In this document: piece after piece, positions 21,986 to 33,976 of the stretch
Layout: every line of letters begins with the position of its first letter
Position numbering within the stretch: the first letter of the stretch is position 1
Translations under genes and position numbers: made by a program
The notes under the pieces: model-generated
What the model saw: the letters and a program-made list of their open reading frames with translations, nothing else
What the model was told of the DNA's origin: nothing
Database searches by the model: none
Source: Macrostomum lignano
Taxonomy: Eukaryota
DNA: 64,000 bases
Direction: 5' to 3'
Assembly (NCBI GenBank): GCA_002269645.1
Contig: NIVC01000118.1
Span: 124,001-188,000 of the forward strand

Positions 21986-24900
21986 TCAGTCACTGTCACA
22001 ACTGTCCCTATCGGAAGTCTGCTTCAACTGCGGCTGTTGTTGCCAGTTCTGCTTTTGCAAGCCGGCTAAAAGAGGCCTACAAGACAGCAACGATAGCTCC
22101 TCAGCATCTCCAGCATCTTCAGCATCTCCAGTTGGCAGCTTCATCAATTTATCACTTTTCAATAGCGTTCTAACAGTCTCCGATACAATGGTTCTGGTGG
22201 TGGTTGATGCGGCACCGGCGGCAGCTGGAGCAGTTGAATAATCCATATGAGTAGCGGCAGCAGACTCCTGCACAAGTCTGTACTGCTGCTGCTGATGATG
22301 CTGGTAGATGCTGGTTGTGCCATTCAATAACTGATGCCGCATCAGGTAGTTTTTCGTGTCCAGAGTCAAATAGGTGGGCCGGTAGAGCGCGGCGGCGTCA
22401 CCAATAGAGGCTGAGGTGTCGTCCCTGTTGCAGGCATATTTCTGAGCCAGCAGGCTGAGCTCATCGCATCCTGTTGTGGAGGCGGTGGCGGCCGCGGCGG
22501 CTGCGGCTGCTGCGGCCGCCAATAGAGAGGGGACGGCGCCGCCTGCTGGCTCGCTGTTGGCGCTGTGAATGGCGTGTTGTGCGAGTTGGGCTCTTGATAG
22601 CAACTTATTCAGTGAAGTCCTCTCGGCAAGGCAACAGAGAGTGAGGCAAAACAAATAAAAGGACAAATGACTGACAAAGAAAATTTAAGACTGATACCGA
22701 AAGTGACGAGTGAGTGGAATCGAGAGTGACAAGCGAGTGATACCAGAGTGAAAAGTGAATGAAACCGAGAGTGACAAGCGAGTGACATCGAGAGTGACAA
22801 GTGAGTAAAACTTAGAGTGACAAGTGAGTGAAAGTGAGTAAAATCTAAAATGACAAGCGAGTGATATCGATAGTGACATCGGAGTGACACCGGGAGTGAA
22901 AGGTGACATTGTTAGTGATGCATCAGTAGTGCCAATCGAGCAAAAGAAACCAGAAATACAGCAAATCAAGCAAAATAGCAAAGGAAAAGCCTCGATTACG
23001 AACCAGAAATCAGTAAAATCGCAGTCGACAAGTCCATTTTGTTGGTTAAGCAAAGTTCTGCCATTGGTCAGAGACAACTGCTGCTGCTGCTGCTGCTGAA
23101 CTTCTTTCTGCTGTTGTTGCAGTTTCTGCTTTTGCTGAGCCTGTTGTTGCTTTGTTTGTTTCGGATGCTGCTGCTGTTGCTGCTGCTGTCTGAGCAGCAT
23201 TTCCTCAATTGTGTTCTGTTTATGAAAAATATAGCGTAGGGAAAAAGGAATCATAACCGGGTCTAAAGAGTTTGCCAGCCAAGATTTACCAGCCAGACAT
23301 TTGTTACCCAAGATTTACCAGCCAGACATTTGCCAGTTAAGATTTACTAGCCAAACATTATTTAAACAGTCACAATTTTTTAACTCCCAAGTACAGTGTA
23401 TATATATAACTATTTAGTAATGCTTTAATATAACGGACTTGAATGGATTATTACATATTATATTTAATATTTAAAACACACTTACCAGCAAGTTTCTAAA
23501 GTACTTTTTCTGCGTGGAAGCATCCTCGCCGTCGGCTGGTGCTGACTCAGCCTTCTGGATGGCCAACTGGAATTATTTTAATATTTTTCTTAGTAGCCGT
23601 AATAGGATTATCAGCTTCAATGGGATTATCAGCTACAATGGGATTATCAGCTACAATGGGATTATCAGCTACAATGGGATTATCAGCTACAATGGGATTA
23701 TCAGCTTCAATGGGATTATCAGCTACAATGGGATTATCAGCTTCAATGGGATTATCAGCTACAATGGGATTATCAGCTACAATGGGATTATCAGCTACAA
23801 TGGGATTATCAGCTACAATGGGATTATCAGCTACAATGGGATTATCAGCTACAATGGGATTATCAGCTTCAATGGGATTATCAGCTACAAAGGGATTATC
23901 AGCTGCAATGGGATTATCAGCTACAATGGGATTATCAGCTACAATGGGATTATCAGCTACAATGGGATTATCAGCTACGATGGGATTATCAGCTTCAATG
24001 GGATTATCAGCTACGATGGGATTATCAGCTTCAATGGGATTATCAGCTACAATGGGATTATCAGCTGCAATGGGATTATCAACTACAATGGGATTATCAA
24101 CTACAATGGGATTATCAGCTGCAATAGGATTATCAGCTACGGATTAAAAGCTATCGGATTAATCGCTTGTCTCACCTCATCATGTCGCCCATTAGTCGCT
24201 GTCGGCCCAACAACGGCACCAGCTAGCGGCGCAGATTCCGACACGGCCGCAGCTTCAACCGCATCTGCAGTGCCGACTGGGTTGGTGCCAGAAGTCGGTG
24301 CCAGGCTCTCCAGCCGGCAGTGGGTGCAGTCGCACCGAACCGCAGGTGCACCAGCGCCGTTCGCGCCGCCGGCGCCCACATTCCACATGTTGGCCTTGAC
24401 GTTGGCGTCCACCGAATTGTCGGGCGGTCGAGAGGCGGCGGCAGCGGCTACGGGCAAATCCGACGTTGAAGTGGCCACGTCCCTAGTCGTAACCATGGCA
24501 ACCGTGTTGACGCCCACACTGGTAACATTTCTAACGCTTGGAGTCCTGGAACTAGCAGTGGCAGCCAAGAGCTCTTCGTACCTCTGTCTGGACACATCCT
24601 GGTCAATAAGCAGCCGCTTGAGTTGGTCTTGAAGGTCGCGGAGTTGCTCCTCCTGCCGGAGCAGCAGGCGGTACACCTCCGGCGGGGTGTCGCCGCCTGC
24701 TGCAGCCGGCTTATCGACGCAATTCGCTGGCGCGGAGGCAGCCAGGCCTTGACGACGCGGCTGAACGATATGAGGGCGGGAAACGGGGAGTTTAAGATTG
24801 TGAGAGAAACTGGGTGAGATTTAGAGAGAAACTGGGTGAGATTGTGAGAGAAACTGAGTGAGATTGTGAGAGAAACTGGGTGAGATTGTGAGAGAAACTG

Positions 24901-25999
24901 GGTGAGATTGTGAGAGAAACTGAATGAGATTGTGAGAGAAACTGGGTGAGATTGTGAGAGAAACTAGGTGAGATTGTGAGAGAAACTGGGTGAGATTGTG
25001 AGAGAAACTGAGTGAGATTGTGAGAGAAACTGGATGAGATTGTGAGAGAAACTAGGTGAGATTTTGAGAGAAACTGGGTGAGATTGTGAGAGAAACTGAG
25101 TGAGATGAGATTGGGAGAGAAAGCTGGGTGAGATTGTGAGAGAAACTAGGTGAGATTGTGAGAGAAACTAGGTGAGATTGTGAGAGAAACTAGGTGAGAT
25201 TTTGAGAGAAACTGGGTGAGATTGTGAGAGAAACTGGGTGAGATTGTGAGAGAAACTAGGTGAGATTTTGAGAGAAACTGGGTGAGATTGTGAGAGAAAC
25301 TGAGTGAGATTGTGAGAGAAACTGAGTGAGATTGTGAGATAAACTTCAAGCTTTCGAGGAATTAAAGAATTTTTACACTTTCCAAGACACGGAACACTCT
25401 TCCCTACTTACAGGCTTCTCCTGTCGCAGGTAATTAGCGCTGCCTGTCTCCTGCTGCTGCTGCTGCTGCTGAGCTCGTTTTTTCCTAGTCTTCTGTTGCT
25501 GCTGCTGCTGCTGCATTTGGGCTCCTCCGGCTGCAGCCGCCGCAGCAGGAGCAGCAGAAGCAAAGTACTGATCGCAGCCATTGCCGCCTCCGTTGTACTC
25601 GTAGCTGGGATAATCGGGAGGCGCACCAGCGTGACGACCGTTAGCAGAAGCCAGTCTACTAGAAGCAACCACTCCGGCAGAAGGCTGCAAAGCAGTTGAC
25701 GCTACAAGCGGCATGGGCGGCATGACCACGCAGGGATAGGCGGCTGTAGCGGTGGTGGCGCCCATGCCTGCCGGGTGCTGATAGAACACATACGGCTGTT
25801 GCTGATATTGCTGTTGCTGTTGTTGCTTTCGGTGCTTCTGCTTTTGCTGCTGTTGCTGCTGCTGCTGTTGAACGGGCTCAGTCTGAATTGGCGATATCGA
25901 CAGTGGGCGTCGAGGAATCGACTCGTCGCTTGAGCAGCTGTAGAGCCTGGGCCGCTGCTGCTGTTGCTGAGCCATTGCGGCGTTCGGTTTGCGAGACAT
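21986..25999 (-). CDS. STIL: STIL/Ana2/SAS-5-like centriole duplication protein, ~674 aa; exons 25999-25412, 24760-24176, 23215-23000, ~22621-21986
   Basis: Central coiled coil TPPEVYRLLLRQEEQLRDLQDQLKRLL resembles the remembered human [25 protein letters not shown]. STAN-like DELSLLAQKY...PTYLTLDTKNYLMRHQLL resembles EANAIALKY...PNNMSFATKKYMKRYGLL. Late motif LLKSDKLMKLP resembles LDVKRLRQLPKL. The first two introns have clean GT-AG phase-0 junctions; the last junction (GAG acceptor) is uncertain. Confidence 0.78.
23604..24140. repeat. 18-bp minisatellite (gggattatcagctacaat) in STIL-like intron 2
   Basis: About 29 units. Confidence 0.96.
24796..25343. repeat. 22-bp minisatellite (gtgagattgtgagagaaactgg) in STIL-like intron 1
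   Basis: About 24 units. Confidence 0.96.
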
Positions 26000-26073
26000 G
26001 ATGCTCGACTGGCTACAGAAAGTAGAAATATAAGGAAAAACTGTTTTTTAATCGTTTAAAATAACAACTAAGA

Positions 26074-26265
26074 AATCTCAGCTTGGCTCTGCTCGTGCAA
26101 TAAACGGCCTTGAAGGTTAAATAAAGTTAGGGCCGCTGTACACTCCTGTGTGAGTGTGTGCCTGCGCGTATGACTGCCTACGTATCCGCGCGCTTGTGTG
26201 CCTGCTCAGGTGGAGTCGGCGGAATGGGCAGCAATGCCTCTCGCCGGTTGTGTGGCAATGTCGCT
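26074..26265 (+). mobile_element. 5'-truncated copy of the tRNA-derived SINE family (short-body variant)
   Basis: Near identity to the 30109 and 56462 copies across aacggcctt...taaagttagggccgctgtacactcctgtgtgagtgtgtgcctg...ggaatgggcag...cgccggttgtgt. Confidence 0.85.
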
Positions 26266-26767
26266 AAAAACGTGTGTTTTTGCAAAAAGCGAGCCTTCAA
26301 AAAATTTCTAAGAAACAACGTGTCTTAATCTTTTACTTAAAGGTAAAAAACAAAATAAAAATTAACACAATGATGCTCAATGAATAATAGTTACAAATGA
26401 TTAAAATATATTTAATTCAAAGTTTTAAGGAAACAATTATTTATAACAAAGATAGACGCAAAAAATTAAAACGCTTAGAAACTATTAAATTAATGATATG
26501 ACAAAACAATGGCATGAAAATTTAGCTATGCAACATTCTAAAGCAAGTGACACTTGCGACACTTCGGGGAAGACATTATTAAAAACTGAAAGCAATAACT
26601 CATTATTTGACAGAAGTTTCCAATACACAAAGAATATATGAATTAAGGTCATGGGCGGTGGCGGGATGGCACAGATATTGATCAAATTCAAATACAATGA
26701 GTATGTGAATTGGCTCTGTACAATTAACTGTGTTTCACTTCACAACTCCCTCTTCACAGTCCTTGAC

Positions 26768-27535
26768 AATCTGTCCCCCCCAGTTCTTGAGAATCTGCCC
26801 CCCCCCAGGTCTTGAGAATCTGCCCCCCCCCCAGTTCTTGAGAATCTGCCCCCCCCCCAGTTCTTGAGAATCTGCCCCCCCCCAGTTCTTGAGAATCTGC
26901 CCCCCCCCCCAGTTCTTGAGAATCTGCCCCCCCCCAGTTCTTGAGAATCTGCCCCCCCAGTTCTTGAGAATCTGCCCCCCCCCCAGTTCTTGAGAATCTG
27001 CCCCCCCCCAGTTCTTGAGAATCTGCCCCCCCCCCAGTTCTTGAGAATCTGCCCCCCCAGTTCTTGAGAATCTGCCCCCCCCAGTTCTTGAGAATCTGCC
27101 CCCCCCCAGTTCTTGAGAATCTGCCCCCCCCAGTTCTTGAGAATCTGCCCCCCCCCAGTTCTTGAGAATCTGCCCCCCCCCAGTTCTTGAGAATCTGCCC
27201 CCCCCAGTTCTTGAGAATCTGCCCCCCCCCAGTTCTTGAGAATCTGCCCCCCCCCCAGTTCTTGAGAATCTGCCCCCCCCCAGTCCTTGAGAATCTGCCC
27301 CCCCCAGTTCTCGAGAATCTGCCCCCCAGTCCTTGAGAATCTGCCCCCCCCAGTTCTTGAGAATCTGCCCCCCCCCAGTTCTCGAGAATCTGCCCCCCCC
27401 CAGTTCTCGAGAATCTGCCCCCCCCAGTTCTTGAGAATCTGCCCCCCCCAGTTCTCGAGAATCTGCCCCCCCCCCCAGTCCTTGAGAATCTGCCCCCAGT
27501 CCTTGAGAATCTGCCCCCAGTCCTCGAGAATCTGC
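26768..27535. repeat. Minisatellite cagttcttgagaatctg(C)n with a variable C-tract (~21-26 bp unit)
   Basis: About 33 units with C-runs of variable length. Confidence 0.95.
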
Positions 27536-27637
27536 ATCTCCGATCTTCCCTACCGACTACTTTGAAATGTCTACTCAAATATCTTCCATCAGTTTATGGC
27601 TGAAATGAAAATATCGAACCAAACAGATAGCTAAGAG

Positions 27638-30600
27638 TCACAACTCGTCTCTCTGCACCAGCACTTGATCCGCAGGCTTCGGCTGCCCTCCGCCGCTGGG
27701 ATCCGTCAGCTCCGCAGCCTTCCCAGTCCAATCGTTGAATGCCAACAGGGCCGCATTTCGTCCAGAAATGGCCGACATCTCTATAGCGGAGGCTGCCAAC
27801 TCGATGGGGCTGGTGTGGTACAGCCCGTCAGCCAGTACAAAGCTGGCATTGATCGACAGTCCCCGACGATAAAGCGGATAAGCCAGCCAGCTCACACTGT
27901 GGGTAAACTCAACATTAGTAAACAGTTGATTAACCTGCTCAGCAGTGAGTACTCGCTGTGAGAACACTTTATAAACATTGTCGGATGGATTTTTATCAAC
28001 ATCGTGTTGATAGCCGATGCTGCTAAAGTCCAGCGGCGATGCAGGCGTGCCCGTGAGCACGCTGTACTCAGATTGGCGACTTTTTAGGCCCAGCCAGTCG
28101 TGATTGAGCCGGCCTTTGACAAATGTTGCGACCGTGGTCTGGTAGTCGACTCGGGGAACTTTAACGTCTTTTATCTGAATAGGGGGTTATGAGAAGGCTC
28201 ATTGATCAGGATAATAGCCCTTCGGCCACATCTTCCCGCAAACGACGCTGGTCAAGCGCGCCAATACTGTGCGCAGACAAGCACTCATAGACACGCTCAC
28301 TCAGGGTGCACACAGCAGACTTGACTTTCTAATCGTCAGGTACGTGCATTCTCTGCGTCTTGGGGGCTGACCCTCATGGGATTCACAATTGATCACAAGA
28401 GGGATCACAATGGATCACAAGTAGATTCACAATGGATTACAAGTGGATTCACAAGAATTAAGAGGATTCACAAGAATTAAGAGGATTCACAAGAATTAAG
28501 AGGATTCACAAGAATTAAGAGGATTCACAAGAATTAAGAGGATTCACAAGAATTAAGAGGATTCACAAGAATTAAGAGGATTCACAAGAATTAAGAGGAT
28601 TCACAAGAATTAAGAGGATTCACAATGGATCACAAGTGGATTCACAATGGATCACAAGAGGATTCACAAGAATTAAGAGGATTCACAAGAGTTAAAAGGA
28701 TTCACAAGAATTAAGAAGATTCACAATGGATCACAAGTGGATTCACAATGGATCACAAGTGGATTCACAATGACACACAAGAGGATTCACAAGATTTAAG
28801 AGGATTCACAAGAATTAAGAAGATTCACAATGGATCACAAGAGGATTCACAATGGATCACAAGAATTAAGAGGATTCACAAGAATTAAGAAGATTCACAA
28901 TGGATCACAAGAGGATTCACAATGGATCACAAGACGATTCACAAGAATTAAGAGGATTCACAAGAATTAAGAAGATTCACAATGGATCACAAGAGGATTC
29001 ACAATGAATCACAAGAGGGTTCACAATGAATCACAAGAGGGTTCACAATGAATCACAATGAATCACGAGAGGATTCACAATGGATCACAATGAATCACAA
29101 GAGGGTTCACAATGAATCACAAGAGGATTCACAATGGATCACAAGAGGGTTCACAATGAATCACAAGAGGATTCACAATGGATCACAAGAGGATTCACAA
29201 TGGACCACAAGAGGATTCACAATGGACCACAAGAGGATTCACAGTGAATCACAATGAATCACAAGAGGATTCACAATGGATTAAAGTGGATTCACAATGA
29301 ATCACAAGAGGATTCACAAAAATTAAGAGGATTGACAAGAATTAAGAAGATTCAAAATGGATCACATGAGGATTAAAAAAAAGAGGATTCACAATGGTTC
29401 ACAAGAGGATTCACAATGGTTCACAAGAGGATTCACAAGAATTAAGAGGATTCACAAGAATTAAGAAGATTCACAATGGATCACAAGAGGATTCACTATG
29501 GATCACAAGAGGATTCACAAGAATTAAGAGGATTCACAATGGTTCACAAGAGAATTCACAAGAATTAGGAGGACTCACAAGAATTAAGAAGATTCCCAAT
29601 GGATCACAGGAGGATTCACAATGGATCACAAGAGGATTCACAAGAATTAAGAGGATTCACAAGAATAAGGAGTATTCACAATGGATCACAAGAGGATTCA
29701 CAATGGATCACAAGAGGATTCACAGTGAATCACAATGAATCACAAGAGGATTCACAATGGATCACAAGAGGATTCACAAGAATTAAGAGGATTCACAATG
29801 GTTCACAAGAGGATTCACAAGAATTAGGAGGATTCACAAGAATTAAGAAGATTCACAATGGATCACAAGAGGATTCACAATGGATCACAAGAGGATTCAC
29901 AATGGATCACAAGAGGATTCACAATGGATCACAAGAGGATTCACAATGGATCACAAGAGGATTCACAGTGAATCAAAATGAATCACAAGAGAGTTCACAA
30001 TTAATCACAAGAGGATTCACAATGAATCACAGCATGATTCACATGTAATCTGATTTGAAAGTTATTAAAAGCTATAGCAACAAAGCATCCATTATAATAG
30101 GGAATAAAAGGGGTGCCGTAGCCCAGCGGTAGCGCAGCTGCTCTGGTGTGCCGCGACCCAGGCTCGATTCCAAGTGCAGCCACATTAATTTGGGGCTGAA
30201 TTGGAATTTCAGCTTGGCTCGCTTGTGCAATTAACGGCCTTGAGAGCCAACCCCCCAAGGCGCAGTGAAGTGTACATGCCTAACAATTGATAAAGTTAGG
30301 GCCGCTGTACACTCCTGTGTGAGTGTGTGCCTGCGTAACGTATCCGCGCGCTTGTATGCCTGCTCAGGGGAGTCGGCGGAATGGGCAGTAATGCCTCTCG
30401 CCGGTTGTGTGCCTATGTCGCTTAAAGTGCGCCAGGGTGCACACAACCCCCCTGCCTCTAATAATAAAAAAAAAATAGGGAATAAACTCATACAACTCTC
30501 GGAAAATTTTACCTCGATATTAAAGTGCTGACTCGGAGGCACAGTCAGGATCACTTGATCATATTGCTCAACCACTGTTGACCTGCTAGCATCCGTGCTG

Positions 30601-32447
30601 GTCACAGTCCAACCTTCGCGATCCTTAGCAATCTGGGTAACTCGACTATTGAGCAGCAGCCTGACCTTGCCAGACTCGGCTTCATCCGCTTGCTGAGGCT
30701 GAGCCAGTCTACTAAGCAGATTAGCCACAATCAGCCGGTTGCCGCCTCTGACCGACCAGAGACCGCCTTCGGCGCCAGCCAACGACACTGCGCCAACGAA
30801 GCCGTGAATGCTCACATTCTGACCGTAGTTGTTGCGCATTGCCCCAGCAACCAGTTCGTTGATGAACTCGGAGCTGAAGCCGCTGGACTCCAGCAGCTGG
30901 AGTGATTTAATTAAATATTTTTTTTACTTTTGATTCTGCGCCTTTGATCAAGCAGTGCTTGGGAATCTGCCCTTCATTTACCCCCTGTTCCTTAAATCTG
31001 CCCTTCATTTACCTCCTGTTCCTTGAATCTGCCCTTCATCTACCCGCTGTTCCTTGAATCTGCCCTTCATCTACCCTCTGTGTCCTTGAATCTGCCCTTC
31101 ATTTACCCCCTGTTCCTTGAATCTGCCCTTCATTTACCCACTGTTCCTTGAATCTGCCCTTCATTTACCCACTGTTCCTTGAATCTGCCCTTCATCTACC
31201 CGCTGTTCCTTGAATCTGCCCTTCATCTACCCTCTGTGTCCTTGAATCTGCCCTTCATTTACCCCCTGTTCCTTGAATCTGCCCTTCATTTACCCCCTGT
31301 TCCTTGAATCTGCCCTTCATTTACCCCCTGTTCCTTGAATCTGCCCTTCATTTACCCCCTGTTCCTTGAATCTGCCCTTCATCTACCGGATTCTACCCCC
31401 TGTTCCTTGAATCTACCCTTCATCTACCCCCTGTTCCTTGAATCTGCCCTTCATCTACTCCCTGTTCCTTGAGAATCTGCCCTTCATCTTCCCTCTGTTC
31501 CTTGAGAATCTGCCCTTCATCTACCCCTGTTCCTTGAGAATCTGCCCTTCATCTACCCTCTGTTCCTTGAGAATCAGCCCTTCATCTACCCCCTGTTCCT
31601 TGAGAATCTGCCCTTCATCTAACCCTGTTCCTTGAGAATCTGCCCTTCATCTAACGCCCGTTTCTTGAAGCTGCCCTTCATTTACCCTCTGCTCGTTGAA
31701 TCTGCCTCTCCACTCCCTATAATAATTTCCCAGTGTAAAAACTGCAAGTTAAAAGCCAGACCCCACCTTCTCAATGGTCTCAGTCGCCATGGCCGGGAAG
31801 CGGTCAGACATGGCAGACAGAAGACCCAGCACATTGGTGTAAGCTTGCCCAGCATTCTGCCTAGTATAGACGCGGCCGAAATCTTCCAGCATGCCGGATA
31901 CAAACTTTCTTAGCTGAACAAAAGCAGCCAAGCCGTACCTATGCAAGAGCTGCACCATCTTAACCAGGTACCAATCGCTAGTGTCCAGCACAGTGTCTCG
32001 GCCATTGAACACAGCTAATCTAGTCTCTTCTCCGTGATACAGTCTGCTCAGTCCAAGCACATCTGCGAAATGTCGCATATACAAATTCTTATCGTGTATA
32101 ATTGATCCGCCAGATTCGAACTTGCGACCATCGAAATTAGCTACACCAAGACGGCCGCCAACTAATGTAGCAGAGGACTCGTCCGTGACAATGTCCATTC
32201 TACAGTTGGAGCCGAATTTGTCTCTAAGGAAATAGGCGGCACTGGCCGCGGCTACTCCGCTACCAATGATGGCAATGCGGGGACCCGGCCGCTTCAAGTC
32301 TCTGCTTTTATCTTCACTCTGAGCTGCCTGAACCGACGCTGATGTGCCAGAGGAGAGCAGCGCCAAACTCGGCAGCAATAGGCAGGAGGTCAAGGTGAGC
32401 TGATGAGGCAGTCTCAGTGCCCAGTGTTTTGCAGACAGGCAAAGCAT
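27638..32447 (-). CDS. PCYOX1: Prenylcysteine oxidase 1-like FAD flavoprotein, 533 aa; exons 32447-31767, 30896-30513, 28174-27638
   Basis: Signal/anchor peptide, Rossmann motif RIAIIGSGVAAASAAYFL, VGGRL, FESGGSIIHDKNLYM, MRNNYGQ...GFVGAVSLAGAEGGLWSVRGGN, WLAYP, IELAASAIEMSAISGRNAALL and C-terminal ER-retention signal RDEL. Both introns are phase 0 GT-AG and the frame is intact. Confidence 0.95.
28257..28378 (-). mobile_element. Diverged antisense fragment of the same SINE body
   Basis: gacacgctcactcagggtgcacacagcagacttgactttctaatcgtcaggtacgtgcattctctgcgtcttgggggctgaccctca aligns with the reverse complement of ~30240-30330. Confidence 0.65.
28378..30045. repeat. Composite minisatellite of interspersed 19-bp (gaggattcacaagaattaa) and 22-bp (gaggattcacaatggatcacaa) units, PCYOX1 intron 2
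   Basis: Both unit types are visible and alternate in blocks. Confidence 0.96.
30109..30473 (+). mobile_element. Full-length tRNA-derived SINE with A-rich tail and 13-bp TSD, antisense in PCYOX1 intron 2
   Basis: A box TAGCCCAGCGG (30119-30129), B box GGCTCGATTCC (30161-30171), tail aataataaaaaaaa, TSD aatagggaataaa at 30096-30108 and 30474-30486. Confidence 0.9.
30962..31690. repeat. 31-33-bp minisatellite (gaatctgcccttcatttaccccctgttcctt[ga]) in PCYOX1 intron 1
   Basis: About 22 units; the unit gains ga in the right-hand part. Confidence 0.95.
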
Positions 32448-33865
32448 TTCAATACAGTGACAGTGTGCTGAGGGTCAGTAGTTTGCTTAAAAGACAAAAT
32501 GAATAAAGGTAAAAAAGGTATTTATTACAAAGAAACATTGCAGTAAAGGATGATTGTACTAGCTGAGAGAGGAACAACTGCACTAACTTAGGAAATTGCT
32601 ATTTTGAAAATGCTTGCTGTATGGGAGATGCTTATTATTAGAGGGCTGCTTGCTATCTGGGGGGGGGGGGGAAGAAGGTACTTGATATCTAGAGGATGCT
32701 TGCTATCCAGGATTGCTTGCTCTTGGACCATACTTTGGATCATGTAGGATATGCCTATAAATTTGGGCTTGGCATATATTACAATTAAGAAATAAATCTT
32801 TGTGATTATTGATATTTCATCATAAACTTTATAGCCAAAAAAATTATAAACCAAAAAAATTATAATCTTTAAATTTGTTTTAATATATATATTTGTTTGT
32901 GCATTTGAATTTGCATTGGCTAGTATTTTATACTTTTCATTTTTAGCTGGCATCTATATTTCAGAAGGTTACATGTATAGCAGAAATTTCTATCATACTA
33001 GTAGATACTTAAGATGTTTTGGTATACCACTTTGGCAAACCACTTTGAGCTTGAGTTAATTTTTGGCACACTAATTTATATTCATTGAAACTTAAAAAAT
33101 TCAGAAATAAAAATTACACATTGCAATTTTTTTATTTTGTAAAAGAATGTATAATGACTATTAGGAAAACAACATTTTATGTAGTTTGATAATCTAGTAT
33201 ACTATAGGCTAGCATAAATTCAAAACTTGGTGTGCACTTATAATTGTTTGATTTTTTGGTATGCACCTACCATGATCTAGGCTATAGCTCTTAGAAAGGG
33301 CTACTTGCTATCTTGGGGTAGGGGGTGCTTGCTATTAAGGGACTTTTTGCTATCTAGGAAGGCTTGCTAATATAAGGATCTGGCCTGGGTTTTTAGTATG
33401 CAGAGTATGCATATATATCTTGAATTTAGATTCTTGAAACTGTACCCTGAAATTAAAAAAGTAGATGCAATTTAGATATAATATCTCACAACCTATTTTC
33501 CTTTTAAGCCTCATTTACACTGCCTTAAAATAAGATGTAGAAAATAAGATAAGAGGTCAAGGTATACCTAGGCCTATTTTAGACACAAGAAATATGCTTA
33601 TATTATATTCCCAGTTTTCAAAAGTAAGAGCAATTGCACTCTGAGCCTTAAAATTATACTTGCAAAAAAACCTAGCTGGGGATCCTTTCTATTAAAAATG
33701 AATGTTACTAGGCCTATCTTTTAGAAGGCAGTATTTTATTATGTCCTTTCATTAGAGGCCTACTTTAAAAAAGGGGTTTCCTTAAAACATGTACCACACT
33801 GCCATACATATGCAACTTTGGGAATCCCCTGGCCATTTCTATTGGCAACACATATATGTAAGTTA

Positions 33866-33976
33866 GGCTATCCTGTAGTTTCGCACATTTAATTATTTCC
33901 AGAATTATTTCGCCCTCTATTCAAGGGTGGTGGGGGTGGGGGTTGGAATTAAACGTGCGAAACTACAGGTTAGCCG
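33866..33976. mobile_element. 111-bp MITE with 29-bp TIRs and an 8-bp (7/8 match) TSD
   Basis: TIRs ggctatcctgtagtttcgcacatttaatt and aattaaacgtgcgaaactacaggttagcc (2 mismatches); flanks gtaagtta (33858-33865) and gtaagttg (33977-33984). Confidence 0.8.

Noticed and set aside
23514-24632. 372-aa ORF with ISYNGI repeats
   Set aside because: It is the 18-bp array plus the antisense of STIL-like exon 2.
30109-30185. tRNA gene
   Set aside because: A and B boxes are present but I could not fold a cloverleaf; it is the head of a SINE with a TSD.
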